A DNA stretch of 54,452 nucleotides from an uncultured Actinomycetes bacterium (GTDB lineage Bacteria > Actinomycetota > UBA4738 > HRBIN12), in contig CAZZND010000001.1 in assembly GCA_964655465.1 (NCBI GenBank), forward strand, positions 1 to 54,452, in the 5' to 3' direction. This document shows positions 25,809 through 33,330 of the stretch, in pieces; within the stretch, counting starts at the first letter, position 1; every line of letters begins with the position of its first letter. The notes beneath the pieces are model-generated. The model was not told where the DNA came from. It ran no database searches and saw only the letters and a program-made list of their open reading frames with translations. A program made the position numbers and the translations under genes.

Positions 25809-27094
25809 CGGTCGTGCACTACCTCAACCAGTTCTTCGCCGGCCTCGGCGGCGAGGAGGTGGCCGGCCACGAACCGATCCGCCTCGACGGACCGCAGGGC
25901 CCGGGACGAGGTCTCGCGGCCGAGGGTCTCGACGTCGACGTCACCCTCGCCTGTGGCGACGATCATTTCGGTGAGCACGAGGACGAAGCGCTGCGGACCC
26001 TCCTCGGCTGGATCGACGAGCTCGATCCGGACGTGCTCGTCTGCGGGCCGGCGTTCGGCTCGGGTCGCTACGGCTACGCGTGCGGCGTGCTGGCGCGCGA
26101 GGCCGCGCGGCGCGGCGTGCCGGTCGTGACCGCGATGACGCCCGACTCGCCCGGGGTGCTCGCTGCCGAGGGCGCGGCGTACGTCGTGCCGACCACGTCC
26201 AATGTCGCCGGCATGCGGGCGGTGCTGCCCGTCGTGGCAGGGCTCGCGAAGAGGCTCGCCGCCGCCGAGGCCGTGGGGGGGCCCGAGGAGGAGGGCTACC
26301 TGCCGCGGGGGCTCCGCGCGAACGCGCGGGCCGATCGCCCGGGCGCCGCGCGCGCGATCGACCTGGCGCTCGCCCGCCTGGCCGGCGAAACGATGACCGA
26401 GGTCGAGCCCTCCGGCGATCGGGTACCGCCGCCGCCCGCGCTGACGGACCTCTCGGATGCCACGATCGCGCTCGTCACGGAGGCCGGCTGTGTGCCACAG
26501 GGCAATCCCGATCGCTTGCCCACGCGTCGCGCCAACGTGTGGTTGCGTTATCCGATCGATGGGGTCGCGTCGTTCACCGCCGACCGGTATCAGTCGGTCC
26601 ACGCTGGCTTCGACACGACCGCCGCGAACGAAGATCCCAACCGCCTGGTGCCGCTCGACGCCGCGCGCGCGTTAGAAGCGGCCGGCAAGTTCGGTCGCTT
26701 GCACGACGCGTTCTACACGACGTCGGGCGTCGACACGCCGGTGGCCACGGCCGCCAAGTTCGGGCGCGAGATCGCCGAGGAATGCCGCGAGGCCGGGGTG
26801 CAGGCCGTGATCCTGACAGGCACCTGAGGGACAGGAACGCGTTGCGGGGCAACGCTGTCGAAGGAGTTGGAGCGGATGGGGATCCCGACCGTGTTCATCA
26901 CGGCGCTCCCGACCATCGCGCAGATGGTGGGCGCCAACCGGATCATGCGCGGTGTCTCGATCACGCACCCCACGGGCGACCCGTCGCTCGCGGCTGGGGA
27001 CGAGCTCGCACTTCGCACCGCGATGCTCGACCGCGCCCTGGACATGCTGCAGACCGACGTCGGGCCGCTGACGGTGTGGGAGGTCGAACGCTGA
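25805..27094 (+). CDS. grdB: Selenoprotein B of a Grd-type reductase (GrdB/GrdF/GrdH family); TGA 26825-26827 decoded as selenocysteine
   Basis: The N-terminus MTVVHYLNQFFAGLGGEE is the hallmark GrdB start. ORF 25784..26827 ends ...AVILTGT at a TGA. The same frame continues GTGTRCGATLSKELERMGIPTVFITALPTIAQMVGANRIMRGVSITHPTGDP..., which includes the 75-aa ORF 26867..27094. This reproduces the U-x2-C-x2-C Sec motif of GrdB. The product is 429 aa with Sec at residue 341. The symbol is family-level only. Confidence 0.88.
26838..26857 (+). other. Candidate bacterial SECIS hairpin for the GrdB-like UGA
   Basis: The 7-bp stem GCGTTGC/GCAACGC (26839-26845 and 26849-26855) has a G-rich apex (GGG). 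It starts about 11 nt after the UGA, and C26838:G26857 extends it across a bulged T. Confidence 0.55.
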
Positions 27095-27095
27095 C

Positions 27096-28409
27096 GTGAC
27101 CACCCCCGCGATCCTCGGCGCCAGTCTGACCCTGCAGCACGTGCCCGACCTCGTGCGGCACGGGTCCAAACCGGCGCGCGAGCCCGACCTGCTGCCCCGG
27201 TTGCTCACGTCGCTCAGGACCTACGACGACGCCGTCGCGTACCCGCCGCATCAGGTGTTCATCGGCAACCTCTCGCCGCGCGCGCTCCGTGACCTGCCTC
27301 GGCCGTGGTGGCGCGACGCGCCTCCCGCGCCCGAGGACGGGCCGAGCGGGCAGATCGTCGATGAGGCCACGTTCTACGAGTGGCTCGCCGCGCTCGACCG
27401 GTTCGAGCTGGTGCGCATGAAACAGGAGCCTCGTCCCGGAGATCTGCCACTGTACGCAGGCGGAGAAGTCATCGGCGCGTTCGCGCCTGGCCACGACCAG
27501 GACGAGTCGCTCACCGCCTCGGTGCTGCTCGAGAACCTGTCGTGCCTGGTGAGCGCGACGTCCGCGACCCGCCACCTGCTGACCGCCTCCGGTGTCGATC
27601 CCGCGTCGATCACCCATGTGATCGCCTGCGGCGAAGAGGCGATCGGCGACCGCTACCAGCGTGGCGGCGGCAACCTCGCGAAGGCGGTCGCCGAGGCCTG
27701 CGACCTGACCGAGGCCAGCGGCGCCGACGTGAAGGCGTTCTGTGCGGGCCCGATCCACGCGCTGATCGTCGCCGGGGCGCTCGTCGCCTCCGGCGTGCAC
27801 GACCGGGTCGCCGTCGTGGCCGGCGGATCGCTCGCCAAGCTCGGCATGAAGTTCCTCGGGGCGCTCGAGACCGGTGGGCCGATCATCGACGATACCCTCG
27901 CGGGGATGGCCGTCTTGGTGGGCCGCGCCGAGGACGATCCGTCTGCGCCGGTCATGCGCATGGACGCGATCGGACGCCACCGCACCGGCTCGGTCTCGCA
28001 GCAGGCCTTGCTGGAGGACATCGTCGGTGGACCGCTGGATGCGATGGGTATCGGCATCGCCGACATCGATGTCTACGCGACGGAGCTGCACAACCCCGAG
28101 GTCACCGAGCCCGCCGGCGGCGGCGACGTGCCCGACCGCAACTACCGGATGCTCGCGGGGCTCGGGGTCGTTCGAGGCGAGCTCGAGCGCGAGGCGATGG
28201 CCACGTTCGTGCACGACCACGGCTTGCCCGGCTTCTCGCCCACGCAGGGGCATATCGCCTCGGGCGTGCCCTGGCTCCCGCACGCGCTCGCGCGGTTCCG
28301 CGCGCGCGACCTCGACCGAACGATGTTGCTCGCCAAAGGCAGCCTGTTCCTCGGGCGGATGACGCGGCTGTGGGACGGCGCCTCGATCACCATGGAGGCC
28401 CAACGATGA
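27096..28409 (+). CDS. grdC: Grd reductase component C, beta subunit (GrdC-like, thiolase/KAS-III-like fold)
   Basis: 437-aa ORF with a GTG 2 nt after the GrdB stop. These blocks match my recollection of GrdC: ASLTLQHVPDLVRHG, AYPPHQVFIGNLSP..PWW, ACGEEAIGDRYQRGGGNLAKAV, DVKAFCAGPIHALI, EPAGGGDVPDRNYRML, GLPGFSPTQGHIASGVPW and KGSLFLGRMT. Confidence 0.75.
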   Translation: MTTPAILGASLTLQHVPDLVRHGSKPAREPDLLPRLLTSLRTYDDAVAYPPHQVFIGNLSPRALRDLPRPWWRDAPPAPEDGPSGQIVDEATFYEWLAALDRFELVRMKQEPRPGDLPLYAGGEVIGAFAPGHDQDESLTASVLLENLSCLVSATSATRHLLTASGVDPASITHVIACGEEAIGDRYQRGGGNLAKAVAEACDLTEASGADVKAFCAGPIHALIVAGALVASGVHDRVAVVAGGSLAKLGMKFLGALETGGPIIDDTLAGMAVLVGRAEDDPSAPVMRMDAIGRHRTGSVSQQALLEDIVGGPLDAMGIGIADIDVYATELHNPEVTEPAGGGDVPDRNYRMLAGLGVVRGELEREAMATFVHDHGLPGFSPTQGHIASGVPWLPHALARFRARDLDRTMLLAKGSLFLGRMTRLWDGASITMEAQR

Positions 28410-28762
28410 ACGTCAGCGCCGAGACCTACGACGTCCTCGCGACGAGCGGCCACGTCTTCCTCGACGTGTGGGGTCCGCAGTGCCAGCCGTGCATCGCGAT
28501 GATGCCGGCGATCGACGATCTGGCGCGCCGTTACGACGGCCGGGTCAAGGTCTTGAAGCTCGAAGGGCCCGAGCACCGCGAGCTGTGCCGCTCGCTCCGC
28601 GTGGCCGGTCTGCCCACCTACATCACGATGCGCGACGGCGGCGAGGTCGAACGCCTGACCGGCAACGGGCTCACGTTCACCGACCTGGAGGCCGCGATCG
28701 AGCGGCTGCTGGACGGCGCCCCCGTGGTGGGGCTCCCCGTTCCCGAACACCTGAGGGGGTGA
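28406..28762 (+). CDS. Thioredoxin-family protein with an atypical CQPC active site
   Basis: ATG at 28406 overlaps the GrdC stop (ATGA). It reads FLDVWGPQCQPCIAMMPAIDDLARRYDGRVKVLKLE...GLPTYITMRDGGEV, a Trx fold with CQPC in place of CGPC. Length 118 aa. Confidence 0.85.
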   Translation: MNVSAETYDVLATSGHVFLDVWGPQCQPCIAMMPAIDDLARRYDGRVKVLKLEGPEHRELCRSLRVAGLPTYITMRDGGEVERLTGNGLTFTDLEAAIERLLDGAPVVGLPVPEHLRG

Positions 28763-28773
28763 ATACGAGATCC

Positions 28774-29232
28774 ATGGAACTTCGAGGCAAGAAGGTGATC
28801 GCCCTCGGCGAGCGCGACAGCGTGCCCGGCGAGGCGCTCGCCGAGGTCGCCCGCTCGGCGGGCGCCGAGGTCATCGAGGTGCGCACGGAGTGCTTCGTCT
28901 GAACAGCTTCCGGTGCGATGGATCCTGAGAACCAGGGACTGATCAAGGGGATCGTCGAGGAACACGGCTCCGCCGACCTGGTCGTGCTGCTGGGCGCAGC
29001 CGACGAGGACGCGGTGGAGGTCGCGGCCCAGACGGTCCGTGAGGGCGATCCCTCGTACGTGGGTCCACTCGCCGGGGTCCAGTTGGGACTCCCCGTGCTG
29101 CACGTCTTCGAGGACCAAGTGAAGGAGCAGGCCGACCCGGTCGTCTACGAGGAGCAGGTCGGTTTCTTCGTGCTGTCCTTCGACACCGGCGCGATCATCC
29201 AGGCGATGCGGCGGGCCCGTGGCGAAGCCTGA
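28774..29232 (+). CDS. grdA: Glycine/sarcosine/betaine reductase complex selenoprotein A (GrdA); TGA 28900-28902 decoded as selenocysteine
   Basis: MELRGKKVIALGERDSVPGEALAEVARSAGAEVIEVRTECFV-[TGA]-TASGAMDPENQ...VVLLGAADEDAVEVAAQTVREGDPSYVGPLAGVQLGLPVLHVFE. The CFV-U-TAxGAMD motif and GPLAGVQLGLPV are diagnostic of GrdA. The ORF track splits the gene into the end of 28468..28902 and 28918..29232. The product is 152 aa with Sec at residue 43. Confidence 0.92.
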
Positions 29233-29258
29233 CGCGGCGGGCCCGCCCCTGGGTCCGC

Positions 29259-30455
29259 TCAGGATCGAAGACCGAGCTCACGGCCGACGCGGCCGAAGAT
29301 GGCGATGGCCTCGTCGAGATCGTCGTCAGTATGGTCCGCGGTCACGATGGTGCGCACGCGCGCCCGACCCTTCGCCACCGTCGGGAACACGATCGCCGGG
29401 GCGAACACCCCGGCGTCGAACAGCGCGGCGGCGAACGCCTGGGCCGTCGACTCGTCGCTGGTGATCACCGGGGTGATCGGGGTCTCCGACCCGCCCGTGT
29501 CGAACCCGAGCCCGGCCAGCCCCTCCTTGGATCGTGCGGTGTTCGTCCACAGGCGCTCGAGCCGCTCGGGCTCGTCGCGCATGACGCCGAGCGCCTCGAG
29601 GCATGCCGCCGCCACCGCGGGCGGCGTCGATGTCGAGAACAGGTACGGACGCCCGCGTTGTCGCAACCACTCGATGAGGTGGGCCGGGCCCGCGATGAAC
29701 CCGCCGAGCACGCCGATCGCCTTCGACAGCGTCCCCACCTGGATGTCGACGCGGCCGTGCAGGCCGAAGTGGTCGACCGTGCCTGCGCCGCCCGCGCCGA
29801 GGACCCCGCTCGCGTGTGCATCGTCGACCATCATGATCGCGCCCCGCCGCTCGGCGACCTCGACCAGGTCCGGCAGGGGCGCGATGTCGCCGTCCATAGA
29901 GAACACGCCGTCGGTGATCAGCAGCTGCCGGCGGGCCTCGCCGGCGGTCTCGGCCAACAGACGCTCGGCATGGGCGGCGTCGGCGTGCTCGTAGACCTCG
30001 ATCCTGGCCTTCGACAACCGGGCGCCATCGATGATCGACGCGTGGTTGAGCCGGTCGGACACGATCACGTCCTCGGGCCCCAAGATCGCGGCGACGGTGC
30101 CGGCGTTCGCGGCGAACCCCGACTGGAACATCAGCGCCGCTTCCGCGTGTTTGAAGGCGGCGAACCGTTCCTCCAACTCGACGTGCAGGTCCATCGTCCC
30201 CGCGATCGTTCGGACCGCCCCCGAGCCGGCGCCCAGGTCGCGGGCAGCCCGTGCCGCCGCCTCGTTGAGGCGCGGATGGTTCGCGAGACCCAGGTAGTTG
30301 TTCGACGCGAGGTTGATCACCTCGCGACCGTCGAAGGTCGCGCGGGCTCCGGTCGGGCCGGACAAGGTGCGCGACCGCAGGAGCAGCCCGTCGGCCTCGA
30401 GGCTGGCGACCTCGTCGCGGAGGAACGCGAGCCGGTCCACGGATCCAGCTGACAT
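29259..30455 (-). CDS. kbl: Glycine C-acetyltransferase (2-amino-3-ketobutyrate CoA ligase), Kbl/BioF family
   Basis: ATG at 30455 (MSAGSVDRLAF...) gives 398 aa. Blocks are NLASNNYLGLANHP, VRTIAGTMDLHVELE, VSDRLNHASIIDG, DDAHASGVLG and GTLSKA (PLP Lys). The LNHASIIDG block and the length favour Kbl over BioF. Confidence 0.78.
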   Translation of the reverse strand: MSAGSVDRLAFLRDEVASLEADGLLLRSRTLSGPTGARATFDGREVINLASNNYLGLANHPRLNEAAARAARDLGAGSGAVRTIAGTMDLHVELEERFAAFKHAEAALMFQSGFAANAGTVAAILGPEDVIVSDRLNHASIIDGARLSKARIEVYEHADAAHAERLLAETAGEARRQLLITDGVFSMDGDIAPLPDLVEVAERRGAIMMVDDAHASGVLGAGGAGTVDHFGLHGRVDIQVGTLSKAIGVLGGFIAGPAHLIEWLRQRGRPYLFSTSTPPAVAAACLEALGVMRDEPERLERLWTNTARSKEGLAGLGFDTGGSETPITPVITSDESTAQAFAAALFDAGVFAPAIVFPTVAKGRARVRTIVTADHTDDDLDEAIAIFGRVGRELGLRS

Positions 30456-30469
30456 GGTCGACAGTCTAC
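30456..30469 (-). promoter_or_regulatory. Phased GTNNAC operator (site 5a) with -10 TAGACT, directly abutting the kbl start codon
   Basis: The minus strand reads TAGACT-GTCGACC-ATG. The plus strand reads GTCGAC-A-GTCTAC at 30457-30469. The geometry fits a leaderless transcript. Confidence 0.6.
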
Positions 30470-30505
30470 CGTCATGGATGGCAACCCCAGGTGGTGTTGT
30501 CACCG

Positions 30506-30521
30506 GTTGACGGTCTACCAT
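30506..30521 (+). promoter_or_regulatory. Phased GTNNAC operator (site 5b) with -10 TACCAT, 6 nt upstream of the GntR start
   Basis: GTTGAC-G-GTCTAC at 30506-30518. TACCAT at 30516-30521 is followed by GGGTGC and ATG 30528. Confidence 0.6.
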
Positions 30522-30527
30522 GGGTGC

Positions 30528-31196
30528 ATGACGCAACTCACTCCACTGGAGGTGCCTCGTTCCCTCGCCGAGGACGCCGCCGACCGCGTTCGGGAACAGA
30601 TCCTGTCCGGCGGATTCGCCCAGGGCGAGCACCTCGTTGAAGCGAAGATCGCCGAGCAGCTCGGGATCAGCCGCGGGCCGGTGCGCGAAGCCTTCAAGCT
30701 GCTGCGCGCCGAGGGCCTACTGCAGGAAGAGCCCCGGCGTGGGACCTTCGTGGTACGGATGGTGCCGGACGATGTGCGCGAGATCTACGGGCTCCGGGCC
30801 TCGATCGAAGGACGGGCCGCCCGGATGGTGGCGGGAGCGCGAGACGACGATGTGCTCGGAAGGCTTCGGACGAGACTCGGCGCGATCGACGACGCCGTCC
30901 GGAGCGGCGACGCTGCCGCGGTGTTCCAGGCAGACCTGGCGTTCCACCAGGAGATGGTCGCCCTGGCCGGCAACAGCAGGATCGCCGAGGTGTTCGCCAG
31001 GTACGTGCCGACGCTCCGAGCGTTGCTCCGGCTCGATGAGCATGTCTACCGTTCGCTCGACGACATCGCGATGGAGCACCGGCCGTTGTTCGAGGCTATC
31101 GAAGCCGGAGACGCCGACGAAGCTGCTCGGCTCGCCGAGCAACACTGCGACCACGCGGGCGACCTGATCGCCGACTACGTCGAAAGCGGCGGGTAG
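30528..31196 (+). CDS. GntR-family transcriptional regulator (FadR/VanR-like, FCD ligand domain)
   Basis: Starts MTQLTPLEVPRSLAEDAADRVREQILSGGFAQGEHLVEAKIAEQLGISRGPVREAFKLLRAEGLL (GntR wHTH). The C-terminal region is all-helical and FCD-like. I chose ATG 30528 over 30474 because of the promoter geometry. Confidence 0.85.
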   Translation: MTQLTPLEVPRSLAEDAADRVREQILSGGFAQGEHLVEAKIAEQLGISRGPVREAFKLLRAEGLLQEEPRRGTFVVRMVPDDVREIYGLRASIEGRAARMVAGARDDDVLGRLRTRLGAIDDAVRSGDAAAVFQADLAFHQEMVALAGNSRIAEVFARYVPTLRALLRLDEHVYRSLDDIAMEHRPLFEAIEAGDADEAARLAEQHCDHAGDLIADYVESGG

Positions 31197-31216
31197 GGGG
31201 TCTCCGAGGTCGTTTC

Positions 31217-31239
31217 GTAGACGGTTGACGATCTACCAT
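31217..31239 (+). promoter_or_regulatory. Phased GTNNAC operator (site 6) with promoter, upstream of ABC system 2
   Basis: GTAGAC-G-GTTGAC-G-ATCTAC at 31217-31236. The -10-like box is TACCAT at 31234-31239. Confidence 0.6.
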
Positions 31240-31306
31240 CGGGTGTCCTAGCTTCACGGCCATCCGGACACGACGCCCCGGATCTGGGGCAGGGGAGGGC
31301 TGGATC

Positions 31307-32431
31307 ATGCGTCGTCGATCTCTCGGTGCGGTCGCCTTGGCAGCGACCTTCGCGATCTTCTCGGCGGCGTGTTCGTCCGACACGACGCCGTCCGAACCCA
31401 CGAGCTCGGCGGGCGGGACCGCGACCGCAGCCCCCTCGGGCCCCCTGCGGTTGTTCTCCTACAGCGACGGGTTCGATCCGACCTACATGGAGACGTTCTT
31501 CGAGGAGTACCCCGACATCGAGCTCGAGACCGCCGCGTTCGGGTCGAACGACGAAGCCATCGCCAAGCTCCTCGCGGGCTTCGAGGCCGACGTCGTGAAC
31601 AGCTGTGTCGACGAGGCAACCCTTGAGATGGTGACCAGGGGTCTGTACCAGCCGCTGGATCTGTCGCGTCTCGAGCATTGGGAAGAGCTCTTCCCGTCGA
31701 TGAAGGAGCTTCCCGGCGTCGTGGTGGATGGGCAGGCATACATCGTGCCGGTCGATGCCGGCACCGCAGGGATCATGTACGACGCCGACGTGGTCACCGA
31801 GACGCCGGATTCATGGCTCGACCTGTTCGACCCGCAGTGGGCGGACCGCGCCTCGATTGAAGACCTGTCCGTGACCGCGATCGACATCGGCGCCCTCGCG
31901 ACGGGCATCACCGACCCGATCGGCATGGATGAGGCGCAGCTGGAGCAGGTCAAGCAGTTCCTCATCGACAACCGTGGTCAGTTCCGCACGTTCTGGAAGG
32001 GCGAAGCGGACATCAAGGCACAGTTCAAGAACGGCGAGGTGGTGATCGCGAGCGGGTATCCCGGCACCGCGAAGTCTCTCCGGGATCAGGGCGTGAACGT
32101 CCAGTTCGCGCAGGCGTCGGAGGGTCAGCCGCTGTGGACGTGCGGCTACGGGATCAGCCCCGAGGCCGAGAACCTCGACGCCGCGTACGCGCTGCTGAAC
32201 TGGTACACGAGCCTTCCCCCGCAGATCTACGCGGCCGAGAACTTCAGCTATGTCACGTCGAACAGCAAGATCGTCGACGAGGTGTCCGAGGACGTGCTCA
32301 ACGCCACGGGGATCATGCGCTTCGTCACCGGAGCTGACGGCGCCCCCGCCGACGTCAACCTGATCCCGGCGAGCCCGCCTGAAGACTCAGAGGCCTGGCG
32401 CGCGGCCTGGACCGAGGTCAAGGCGTCGTAG
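31307..32431 (+). CDS. ABC transporter substrate-binding lipoprotein, PotD/PotF family, paralog 4
   Basis: 374-aa ORF preceded by the RBS GGGGAGGG. The signal peptide ends IFSAACSS. It is collinear with SBP paralogs 1-3. Confidence 0.9.
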   Translation: MRRRSLGAVALAATFAIFSAACSSDTTPSEPTSSAGGTATAAPSGPLRLFSYSDGFDPTYMETFFEEYPDIELETAAFGSNDEAIAKLLAGFEADVVNSCVDEATLEMVTRGLYQPLDLSRLEHWEELFPSMKELPGVVVDGQAYIVPVDAGTAGIMYDADVVTETPDSWLDLFDPQWADRASIEDLSVTAIDIGALATGITDPIGMDEAQLEQVKQFLIDNRGQFRTFWKGEADIKAQFKNGEVVIASGYPGTAKSLRDQGVNVQFAQASEGQPLWTCGYGISPEAENLDAAYALLNWYTSLPPQIYAAENFSYVTSNSKIVDEVSEDVLNATGIMRFVTGADGAPADVNLIPASPPEDSEAWRAAWTEVKAS

Positions 32432-33330
32432 TGGCCATCGCCGCCGAGCGAGGCCTGCCGCCGCTCGCGGCTCCCGGCACCGACGCGCTGCGGCGGCGCC
32501 GTGCCGCCGGGCGGTGGGCCTGGCGCGCGTTCCTCGGCGTCGTCGGGCTCGTTCTGTTCGGGCCCCTGCTGATCCTCGTCGCGTTCGCGTTCAGCGATTC
32601 GAACATCCTCGCCTTCCCGTTCGAAGGTGTCACGACCCGCTGGTTCACGGCGGTGTTCGACGACGCGCTCCTGCGGAAGGCGCTCGTGAACTCCTTCGTG
32701 ATCGCCGCCATCGTCACGCCGGTCTGTCTGGTCTTGGGGACCCTCGCCGCGTTCGGGCTGACCCGCTTCCGCTTCCGTGGCCGAGGTGCGGTCGGCGGTC
32801 TGGTCGCCGCGCCGCTCGTGCTGCCCTGGCTCCTTATCGGGATCGCCGCGTTGATGGCGTACGCCAGGCTGGACATCGAACTGTCGCGTGGCACGGTCAT
32901 CGTCACGCAGATCGTGTGCACGTTCCCGCTGGTCACGGCCATCGTCGCGGCGCAGCTGTTCCGGTTCCAGCGAACCCAGGAAGAGGCCGCGATCGACCTC
33001 GGCTGCTCGCGGCTTCAGGTATTGCGCTACATCATCTTGCCGCACATCGGTCCTGCCCTCGCCGCGGCGGCGATCTTCGCGTTCACCTGGTCGTTCAACA
33101 ACTACGAGATCAGCCTGTTCACGATCGGATTCGACATGACCTTCCCGATCTGGGTGTATTCGTCGGTCCGCAACCCCGACCACACCGCCGTCGTCAACGC
33201 CGTCTCCACGCTGATCTCGGCGGCGCAGGTGGTGCTGATCGTGATCGCGGTGCAGCTTCTGCGGGCCAGAGGCGGCAGCGTGCACGCCATGGCGGGCAGC
33301 GAGATGGCGACGGCGGCGGCGAAGACCTGA
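32431..33330 (+). CDS. ABC transporter permease (PotC-like), system 2
   Basis: 299-aa ORF whose GTG overlaps the upstream TAG by 1 nt. The EAA loop is EEAAIDLGCSRLQVLRYIILPHIGPAL. It is collinear with 21637-22518. Confidence 0.85.
   Translation: MAIAAERGLPPLAAPGTDALRRRRAAGRWAWRAFLGVVGLVLFGPLLILVAFAFSDSNILAFPFEGVTTRWFTAVFDDALLRKALVNSFVIAAIVTPVCLVLGTLAAFGLTRFRFRGRGAVGGLVAAPLVLPWLLIGIAALMAYARLDIELSRGTVIVTQIVCTFPLVTAIVAAQLFRFQRTQEEAAIDLGCSRLQVLRYIILPHIGPALAAAAIFAFTWSFNNYEISLFTIGFDMTFPIWVYSSVRNPDHTAVVNAVSTLISAAQVVLIVIAVQLLRARGGSVHAMAGSEMATAAAKT

Noticed and set aside
26867-27094. 75-aa ORF as an independent small gene
   Set aside because: It is in frame with the GrdB-like ORF, contiguous with it across TGA 26825-26827, and matches the conserved C-terminal part of selenoprotein B. 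It has no RBS of its own.
28918-29232. 104-aa ORF as an independent small gene
   Set aside because: It is the C-terminal two-thirds of GrdA, in frame with the N-terminal 42 codons across the Sec-encoding TGA at 28900-28902.
29233-29258. Terminator between grdA and kbl (GGCGGGCCCGCC palindrome)
   Set aside because: It is only a 6-bp self-complementary GC palindrome with no loop, which is too weak to call as a terminator.
30506-30530. Reading the TTGAC(A/G) inside the hexamer arrays simply as ordinary -35 boxes
   Set aside because: At the GntR site a -35 at 30507-30512 would place the -10 and the transcription start downstream of the ATG at 30528. The recurring 7-bp phasing and the GTNNAC symmetry are better explained as a protein-binding array that sometimes coincides with promoter hexamers.
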